This document shows positions 37,301 through 47,200 of a stretch of 64,000 nucleotides of DNA, piece after piece. The position numbers were made by a program, and so were the translations under genes. This DNA comes from Geosiphon pyriformis uo1 (taxonomy: Eukaryota; Fungi; Glomeromycota), in assembly GCA_016748015.1 (NCBI GenBank), contig JAAOMT010000303.1:868001-932000 (forward strand), read 5' to 3'. Below the pieces are notes generated by a model that was not told where the DNA came from, did no database searches, and saw nothing but the letters and a program-made list of their open reading frames with translations. Position 1 is the stretch's first letter; every line of letters starts with the position of its first letter.

Positions 37301-39926
37301 AATCAACAAAGCCACTCAAAAAAATGTTTGTCAAATGAAAGAATCAGAATACATTGCATACACCTTTGAAATCGCTAGATACAACTATGAAGATAAAGTA
37401 GAAGTATATCACCAAATTGCCAGTCACACTTACCTGACCAAAGAAGCTCAAGCTCAACGGCTAGAGCAAATAAACATTAAATTGTGTAAAGAATGCATAA
37501 TGCTCTACAATGAGCAATGGTGCTCTGAATGCTATGCTCTTAGCGTTCCTCTGCCCAGTGAAAACAATGAAAACGAAATTAAATTTGGAAAACCTGAAGC
37601 AACAGAAGAAATTGAAACAACACCCATCTATCTTATTGAAAGTCAACTTGCCTTACAACTCAAATACTTCAACAACAATAGACAAGGAATAAAACCCGAA
37701 AAAGCACATGAAATTGATGCTGGATATGACCTAAGATATCCAGACAAGAATACTCTTGTTCTCAAACCCAAATCTCACACAAAAATCAACCTCAAAATTG
37801 CACTCGAAATTCCGCCAAGAGCAATGGTTTAAATTGCCTCCCGATCCTCTCTGGCAAGCAAAGGAATCAATGTTAGAGAAGGAATAATCGATGCTGGATA
37901 TACTGGAGACATTACAGTAATGCTTCAAAATGAAACTGACAAACCATTCAAGATCAAACATGCTAAAAAAATTGCCCAAGCTATTTACCTACCCTTAATC
38001 AACATTTCGGGTTTGCAACTAGTCAATCAAAGAGAACAATTAGGAAAAAGCGATAGAGGAACCCAAGGTTTTGGTTCAACTGGATGATTCATAGTTTCAG
38101 TTAATATAGCTCTTAATACACAGAATGAATCCCACCAGATTCTCAGACTTCCACAACCAATTACCATCTCACCCTTTGGAGAACATCTGGAAATCTACAT
38201 CTGTCCAAAGCCAACAACCACACAACAAATTTTTGAGTCCAATGAACAAGTCTACTTGAAACATAATATTTCGATCCCAAACATTTATATTCCAGAAAGA
38301 ACAAAGAAAGTCCAAGTTACTTTTTACAATCCCAACAATTACCCCATAGTTCTATTAAATAACTTAGAAATTGGAGTCATTTACAGTAACATCTTTTAAC
38401 AAGAACTACCCCAGACAGTTCTCAATTTTTCAGAAATTATTGGATATTCACTACCAAAAATCAACCCAAACCCTAGCTCTAAAAACTACCATGTTGTTAT
38501 AGAAAAACTATCTCGAATCAACATGAAACAACTTGAACCACAACAATGGAGCCAGCTCAAAGAGCTAATTGCAAAATTTGCTGATATCTTTGCTGAAAAC
38601 AACAATGACTTAGGAAGAACCAATTTGGTCCAACACCAAATTTATACAGGAGATGCCAAACCAAGAAAACAACAAGCATATTGAGTTGCCCCAGAAAGCC
38701 ACCAATTCATCCAAGAAGAAGTACAACAAATGCTTAACAACGGGCTCATCCAACTCTTCATGAGTTCTTGGGCTTTACCTGTAGTGCTAATTAAAAAGAA
38801 AAATGGAAAGATACAATTTTGTGTTGACTACTAACAACTCAACAGTGTTACAATTGGAGATGCCTACCTCTTTCCCCGAATTGATGACATGTTAGATGCC
38901 CTTGAAAAATCCAAATACTTTTCAACACTAGATTTAGAAAGCGGTTACTGGCAAGTTGCTATGGATCCCAAAGATTGCCCCAAAACAGCATTCACCACCC
39001 AAGGCAGAAATTACAAGTTCAATGTAATGCCTTTCGGATTATGCAATGCACTAGCAATGTTTCAGAGATTAATGGATGTTGTGTACCAAGGACTCCTTTG
39101 GAAGTCAGTAGTCGTTTATCTTGATAATACTGATGTTTATTCTCTATCATTTGAATTACACTTAAAACACCTGTGAGAAGTTTTTCAATAATTACGAAAA
39201 ACAGGACTAAAACTCAACATCAAAAAATGCTACTTTGGAAAAACAAGCTTGGTCTTTCTTGGTCATATCATTAATAAAGATGGAATCAAACTGGATCCTG
39301 GAAAAATCAGCACTGTCAAAAACTTCAAAACTCCTTGAAACACTACAGAACTAAGAGGATTCATAGGGTTAGCCTCCTACTATCGGAAGTTTATCAAAGG
39401 ATTCTCAGAAATCACAAAACTTCTTAACCAGCTTACCACCAAAAACATCAAATATGAATGGACTGCTAAATGCCAAAATGCATTTGAAATCCTCAAAGAA
39501 AAACTAACAACAGCTCCAATTCTTGCCTACCCAGATTTCAGCAACCAATTCCGATTAGCAACAGATGTCTCTTATACTGCTTTTGGTGCTATCCTATCAC
39601 AATTGGATGACAATGAAAAGGAGCGAGTAATCGTCTATGTTAGCAGAACATTAAAACCAGTTGAGAAAAATTATCCTGCCACTGAATTGAAAACAGCAGC
39701 TGTAATTTGGGCCCTATATCATTTCAACTTTTATCTTTTGCCAAAGGAATTTGATATTATCACTAATAATATTGGACTTAAATGGCTTCAAAACAAAAAT
39801 ACTCAGCTAAACACAAAACAAATCTGATGGACAGAATTTCTAGCAAACTATCGATACATAGTACATCATAAACCAGGAAAACTCCACACCAATGTTGACT
39901 GTCTCTTCAGAATGAGACAAGATTAG
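34311..39926 (+). pseudogene. E1 single-frame Gag-PR-Cys-rich-dUTPase-RT-RNase H polyprotein (1872 codons from GTG; first ATG at 35043)
   Basis: All ORF-track pieces (34233, 35043, 36165, 36495, 37089, 38889, 39603) are in one frame. Capsid-like IPEF...WL...ANGW; knuckle CHYCEISGHWKKDC; protease LILNSES (LILDSGS in E2); RT AFTT..YKFNVMPFGLCNA, YLDN; RNase H LATDVS, NYPATEL. Internal stops fall at CGA/CAA/TGG-type sites. Confidence 0.9.
37656..38084 (+). other. E1 trimeric dUTPase domain between protease and RT
   Basis: All five motifs in order: AGYDL, IASRSSLA, GIIDAGYTG, IAQ, RGTQGFGSTG. Confidence 0.95.
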
Positions 39927-39973
39927 AAAAAAAACTAACATTCAACTTAACCAACCAAAACAGCCAACAAACA

Positions 39974-41358
39974 ATGAATTCGGAAAACTACAACAATCTC
40001 AAACAATATTTGGAAACATTAACAATCCCAACAGATTGGTCTCCAGATAAAAAACATTGACTACAACAACAAGCCAAACAATATTTTCTACAAAACAACA
40101 TTTTTTATCAGTGAAATTTCAAAAACCCAGACAAACCACTTAGATTAATACAAGAACAGAAAAAAGAGACTATATTATACAACATGCACTCAGATCCTTC
40201 ATCAACACACTTTGGAAAAGACAGCACCACCCAAAGAATACTAGAATACTACTTTTGGCCTTGAATGAGAAAAGACATTCACAAATATGTCAAATTTTGT
40301 GATAGTTGTCAAAGAAGAGAAGGAACATGCCCTACTGAACCATTAAACCCAATCAAAGTTGGACAGCCTTTTGACAGAGTTGGTATCGATTTAGTCAGAC
40401 CACTACCTATTACAAACCAAGAAAACCGTTATATTGCAGTAGCTGTAGACTATCTTACCAAATGGCCTGAAACTAGAGCCATTTAACGAACAGATGTAAA
40501 ATCAGTAGCAAACTTTATCTACGAAGACATTATTTGTAGACATGGATGTCCAATAGAACTTTTATCTGATCAAGGAACACATTTCATAAACAATTTAATC
40601 CAGGAAATTTGTGGACAATTTAATGTTAAGAGACCATTATTTTCGCCCTACCATCTACAAACCAATGGACTTATAGAATGTTTCAACAAAACATTGTGTG
40701 AATCATTAGCCAAAGTTTCAACCAATTTTGAGCAAGAATGGGATCTCTTTATTCCATCAGTATTATTAGCATATAGAACACTAAAGCAAGATACCACAAA
40801 ACACACATCATTTGATTTAACTTATGGAAGGACAGCAACGTTACCAATTAGTTTCACAGTGGAAATATACCCAGCACAACCAATCGATGAAAACAATTTC
40901 CAGGAAATGCTTCAGCGAAGAGCCTACACTCTGCTTAGCATATTGGAAGGAAAATGACAAATAGCAGCCACCTATATTGAACACTCCCAAGCTCAACAAA
41001 AAGAACGGCATAACGACAAATTGCCTCCAGTCACCAATGAATTTAAAATTAAAAACAAAGTTCTCTTACACAGAACGAAAGCTGAAAAACAATAGAGTGA
41101 AAAATTTGAGAATAAATGGGATGAACCATTCTTTATCCATGAAGTTTTAGGCAATGGATCATACAAGCTAAGACTTGATGACAAAATCCTAGCAAAAGTT
41201 GCACATAGAGATTGTTTGAAATACTATAATTCCAGAAACAATCTTGAACCATTAATTCCACAAATTGGTACACATTTTTTTTTAATTAATCCCAAAGACA
41301 TTCCCAAAACTTAGAACCAATAGTTGTCATTGAACAACCCCCCAACTTGAACACTTAA
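39974..41358 (+). pseudogene. E1 integrase, separate ORF
   Basis: Own ATG in a different frame from pol; HHCC (HSDPSSTHFG...YFWP...CDSCQ); D,D35E core (GIDLV, LSDQGTHF, QTNGLIE); GPY/F-type KWDEPF; no chromodomain seen; 1-bp deletion near 41308. Confidence 0.9.
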
Positions 41359-41504
41359 TTTCAATTTTATTATAGTTATTCCTTTATAATTTAGAAACAT
41401 ATCACAACAAAAACAAAACAAAGCACGCTGAAAAAACAAAAATAACATAAAAATCCACATACCAAAAATAATTTCAATTTTATTTTTTCTCTAATTTCAT
41501 TATA

Positions 41505-42224
41505 ATGACTATCTCTCAAAATATTCAACAGTTATTTCAAAAATTAATGTTAGCTTTAAAAACAATACCCGAATTATCCATTACTATTACTGGAAAACAT
41601 ATTAATTATACCCAAACAGAAATAGTTACAAATCTAGCCCCAAACTCACGAAAGTATCATTTTTATAGGAAAAACACAAGAAGTTATTCTGGAATTCATT
41701 TACCAGAACTTTTGAAGCTTGCTTTAAGAGAAAACTTATTGCTCACCCCTATTAGTATTCCACCAAATGCTACCATTTAACAAAAACTTCAACTGTGTCT
41801 TAATGAAGAAAATGGCAAATATCCTCCAATATATAGATATTTCTATATTAGAAAAACACTTCATGAGTGAAAACTAGAGCTTACAGCAGCAAATTTCACA
41901 AAAAAAGCTATTTGGAAACAACTCCACAATGAATTCAAGACGACAGCTGGACTTACAAAAAGTCATTATAAACTAAGAGCTGCTCTTAGACTTTATGACC
42001 TATTCCACACCTGTGAAAATGTCCTACAAAACCCAATTTTACAACCTTTGAAGATTCAATACATTAGAAAGCTCACAGAACTGAAATTTCAACAATTTTC
42101 AGACCAAATTTCTTCAATAATTTTGGATTATTATCTGGAAATTACAGACAATACTTGGACTTCGATGGAGCTCAGTTTTGAGGAGGAGGTTATGTTATCA
42201 GACAAAATTAAAGATATTGTTTAG
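41505..42224 (+). pseudogene. E1 ORF3, unknown ~239-aa soluble protein ending inside the 3' LTR
   Basis: One frame from ATG 41505 to TAG 42224 with two transition-type stops; collinear homologue in E2. Confidence 0.8.
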
Positions 42225-43179
42225 CATGAAATTACCCTTATAAATCTTATCATTAATTAGCATATATTATCGTTCAAATTATTACTTATTACATTAGCAA
42301 AATATCTGAAATTATCATTTAATTAATAACCCAATTTGTACATAACACAAATGTAACTTAATTGCAATGATCAATCATGCAATATCCCGAACTATGTAAC
42401 ATTCAAAAAGTTTGCCAAAATTTGTAAGAAATTCGCCAAAATAATTGATAGTTCGCCAAAATATCTAATAGTTCACAGAAATAACTTGTAGTTCACTGAA
42501 ATGTATCTTTAATTCAGCAAAATTATAGAAAATAGCAAAGTTCAAGTTTATAGAATAGTGTTATGACAAGTTGTATAAAAGAAAAGCTTCTCTCTTCGAG
42601 GAAATGTATTTTACTTCGGATTTAATAATTAGAATTATTCTTTACACACAAAAACAAAATAAATATCAAATAAATTTGAAAAGCCAAATTCTTAATTACT
42701 TCCTTTGAAATTAACTAATTCCTACTAATAGTTGAAATTGATTAGCTACCAATTTCAGTAGACTGTTAAAGCACTTCCAGGTCTGGACCCAAAATGACTT
42801 CCATAAAATCATCAGTTTTACTTTTTCTTTTACATTTTTTTTATTCTTTTTTTTTTCTTATTATAAAATCATTTGGGTAGCCTACAGACAAGAATTCCTG
42901 TAGAAGAGTTGACTTTCACAGCAAAGTAACTACACATTTTTAGTGAGCTTCCAGATGAGCAATTCCTGGGAAAGAGTTGACATTTACTACAACATAACTA
43001 TACAAAGTAACTGGCATGGAATTGGCTATTCCACTTATAAGCCCAGCAGTTCAAATTATAGGAGATAATTTGAAGGTAAATTCAGCTACTGGAGGTTCAA
43101 CCACATCCAGAAAATGTGAATTTACAGCAAACAGGCATCAACAACATTGAAAAAAAGAGACTAAAAACCTCCAGTAACA
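42193..43179 (+). repeat. E1 3' LTR, preceded by PPT gaggaggagg (42180-42189)
   Basis: Direct repeat of 33279-34265. Confidence 0.97.
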
Positions 43180-43231
43180 CCAGCCAAGACCAAGTTATCA
43201 AAACGTGCTAACAGATTCAACACTAAAGCAG

Positions 43232-44223
43232 TGTTACCAGTAGAATTTTAGCTATTAATTAGCATAAAATTACCCTTATAATTCCTATAATTAATTAGTA
43301 TATTAATATCATTTCAAATTATTATTTATTATTTAATCAATTATTACATATTACAATTCAATTAAATAATCCAATTAGTATAACAGAAAGTAGGATAATC
43401 AAATTACACAATACCTTGAACTTTGTAACATTCAAAAATTCACCGAAATTTACAGAAATTCGCCAAAATTTATAAGAAATTCGCCAAAATTATGAATAGT
43501 TCACCCAAATTAATCAATAGTTCAGTGAAATAACTTGTAGTTCATCAAAATATATCTTTAGTTCACTGAAATTTGAGCAAAAAGAAAAAGTGCAAGTTCA
43601 TAGATTAGTACTACAACAAGTTATATAAAAGAAGAGCTTTTTTTTTCAAGAAAATATATCTTACTTTAGATTTATCTCTTAGAACTGTTCCTATATACAC
43701 AAAAAGAAATAAATATTAAATAATTCAAAAAACCAAATTCTTTAATTATTGCACTTGAAAAATCCTTAAAACTCAACTAACATTTCGAAATTGATTAGCT
43801 ACCAATTTCAGTAAACTGTTAGTAATCCCAGGTCTGGATAAAAAACGTTTCTCTTGACAGAATTCAATTTCTTTTATATTTCTTTTACTTTTCTTTTATT
43901 TTCTTATTATAATAATTAGGGTAGCCTACAGACGAGATTCCTGTAGAAGAGTTGACTTTTACAGCAAAGTAACTACACATTTTTAAGTGAGCTTCCAGAC
44001 AAGCAATTCCTGGGAAAGAGTTGACACTTACTATAACATAACTACATAAAATAATTGGGAAGGAATTGGCCATTCCACTTATAAGCCCAGCAGTTCAAAT
44101 TATAAGAGATAATTTGAAAATAAATTCAGTTACTAAAGGTTTAACTACTTCTAGCAAATGTGAATTTGCAACCAACAGACATTTACAACATTCAAGAAAA
44201 GAGACCAAAAACCTCCGGTAACA
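43232..44223 (+). repeat. E2 5' LTR (992 bp)
   Basis: TGTTACCAG...CCGGTAACA; matches 52168-53168 and 61437-62379. Confidence 0.96.
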
Positions 44224-44268
44224 TTTGGTGCTCTCTCATGAAAATAACACAGCAACAACAAATTCAAA

Positions 44269-47200
44269 GTGGCAACCACACCAAATACAACAACTCTAGA
44301 GTATCATCAGTCAATTTACACCCACTGCAAGCAAAGATTCAACATTCCAGACGGAATTGAAGTTGTCAAGAAATCAGTATACCAATATATTGAAAATTGC
44401 ATCAACAATTATCTTTTTAGAAACTACAATATTTCAGAAGTTAGAAGCAACCTCTACAATAATTTAGTGCACTATTCACAATTGGGAACAGAAGACCTGA
44501 ACAGTGAAACACTTATTACCTACTTCCAAGAACTTAATTTTAATATTATTGAGTACTGTAAAGAAAAATACCCAGTACAGCCCAAATATTCTTTTAACTT
44601 TGAATCAGAAACAGAGACAAGCAACAAAGGCAAACAAAAAGTGAAACAATACTCAAGAACCACTCCAAACACTCCAATACTACCAAAGACAACTGCTAAA
44701 CACTTGCAAACATCTGAACAAAGAACCAGTGTCAAATTACCACTTTCTATTACACTATTTCCAATTTCACTTGTTCAACTACAAACACCAAGTTCACCAT
44801 TTAACTATTTCTCCAGACCAGAAAATTTTCAGTCACCTAGAAATCCTACTTAACAACAGAAACCAATATCAACAAGTGCCAATATCATTAATTACTTACA
44901 GAAAAACGAAAGTAATCATTCAGAAAGCTTGGAAAGTAAAAAAACTGAACCAGAACCAGAAGAAGCCACAGAAAATAAAGAAGAAATAACAACTGCTTAT
45001 ATTGCAAAGATTCCAGAATTTACAGGTGAAGATAATAATACCAGTCCTCAAGAATGGCTTGACAAAGTTCAAAAAACAGGAGATGCAAATGGTTGGAATG
45101 CAGCAAAAATGCTCAAAGCAATTCCATACTTTCTTCAAGGAACTGCAGAAGAATAGTTTGAAAACTTAGAAGAACCATTTGAAAACTGGCAAGCATTCAA
45201 AGATGCTTTTCTACAACAATTCACTGACAACAACACTTCTATCACTCTCAAAAACTACTTTCGCAATATCAAGCAAGAAACATCTGAAACTGTTATAATC
45301 TATCTTGGAAGATTCAACAAACTTCTCAGACAAATTCAACAATTGGAAACCAATGACTACTATTCCAATACTCAAATTCTGGATCAGTTTATAGCAGAAT
45401 TAAAAGACAAACTGATTAAGAAAGTCTGTCCATATGCTCTAGCAGACTTAGCAACTGCCATTAAACATGCAAAAAATTATGAAATAGCTATGGAAAAAGT
45501 GAACCACACCAAACTTGTTAACTTGACTATTGGAGAAACCAGCTCAGCAGCTGAAGAAAAGATAGACCAACTCACAAAGAAAGTTGAAAGCTATTTTACA
45601 AACCAGCAACAACAGCAGCAACAACCACAAAAATATCAACCACTACAGTGACACAACCAAAACAACTTTGGACCACCATCCAACAACCAACCTCAAAATT
45701 GTCACTATTGTGAAATTCCAAGACACTAGAAACGAGATTGCAGGAAACTACAAAGAGACCAACAAAACAGGAGTAATCAATGTTACTCTTCATCACAACA
45801 ATCTTATTACCAACCCCCACTACCAACTTATTATTTACTGAGACCACAAATTCAAAACAGCTATTATCAACCAACTCCACAACCAATTCAATAACAATAT
45901 CAGCAACCTTTACCAATTTAGCAATATCAGACACCATCCACTCAACAATATCAAGTACCAGCAAGAAGATTGGTTCAACATAACCAATTCACACCCCAAA
46001 ATCAATTTCAGAATAATAACAACTGAATTAATCCAAATAACCAGTTGGTTCCCCAAAATTCTGATCAACAAAGACCCAATCACTATTATACTCAATCTAG
46101 TTATCTTACAATACCAGAGGAATCGGATTTTTAACAACCTGTACTTTCTAAAGGTAAAGTTGCAGCACCCAGATCAAACCCTTCCAACAATACTATTTTA
46201 CCAGCTCAAATTGCCCAAAATGCCAACCTTTCAGATATATTCTCATTCGAATTTGAAGCAAATGAATCACCATTCTTGCTTAGTAATGCAGTAGTTAATG
46301 AACAAAAAGCTATTACTGCCATATACACTGAAGCTACAGTAGAAGAAAAACCCATCTGACTAATTCTAGACAGTGGATCAGCTGGAAGTATTATCACCTA
46401 CCAGTTAATGCAACAGCTTCAAAGAACTGTTGACAGACCAGCTGAAACTGTAATTGTTACAGCAGATAGTATGAAAAAGACACCAGTAGGAAAAATTGAC
46501 AATTTTCCATTCACTATTGATGAAATCACCATTCCAGTCAAAGTTCTAATCATGGATGCACCCCAATATCAAGCTTTGGTCGAAAATGATTGGCTTCTTA
46601 AGGCCAATGCAAACTTGGACTGGGAAACTCAGGAATTAAAAATCTCATACTAAGGACAATACACTATAGTACCTGCTACTTGTGGTATTTTTAATAAACG
46701 ATCAGAAAAAGTCTCAGTATTTGAATTTGAAAAGGAAAAAGAAATGCCACTTACTAAAACTTACATGGTTTTTGAATCAACATCCAATTGGGCTGAAGAA
46801 ACAGAACAGGAGATTTTTGAAGAATCAAAAGGATGGAAGAAAGTTAGATATTCTATACCAAAACCACGGAAACAACCACCTTATATTCTACTCAAATGCA
46901 AAGATTGCAACAAAAAACTTTCATCAATAGGAGCATGTATTTTTCCAAAAGAGGAATATGAAACTCGTACCTGTTACTTTTGCAAAGCATGCCATAGAGA
47001 ACAATTTGGATCTCCAAAAAGAAGTAGAAAATAGAACAACACACTTTGTCTTACATGTAGAGATATGTTACCAGAAGAATACAACTGGATTGATGTTGCA
47101 ATGAGAGGAGGAGTATGTGATCAAACCTGTCAATATGCTCTATCAATTTCGAAAAAAGTCAGAAGAGGAATACCATTTGATGCAGCATACAACAGTGCTC

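Larger units (their letters stand above)
33279..43179 (+). mobile_element. E1: full-length (9901 bp) inactivated Ty3/gypsy LTR retrotransposon with dUTPase
   Basis: 987-bp LTRs TGTTA...TAACA, PBS, PPT, 4-bp TSD ctag/ccag; domain order Gag-PR-(Cys-rich)-dUTPase-RT-RH-IN. Confidence 0.97.

Noticed and set aside
41220-41358. Chromodomain at the integrase C-terminus
   Set aside because: No Y.VE.I...YLVKW.G-type motif; the tail is short and Pro/Ile-rich.
41505-42224. ORF3 as an envelope gene
   Set aside because: No signal peptide, furin site or transmembrane segment, and too short.
43885-44073. Antisense ORF in the LTR (also 52830-53018)
   Set aside because: Repeated only because it lies in the LTR; short, overlaps the structured module, and starts at an alternative codon.
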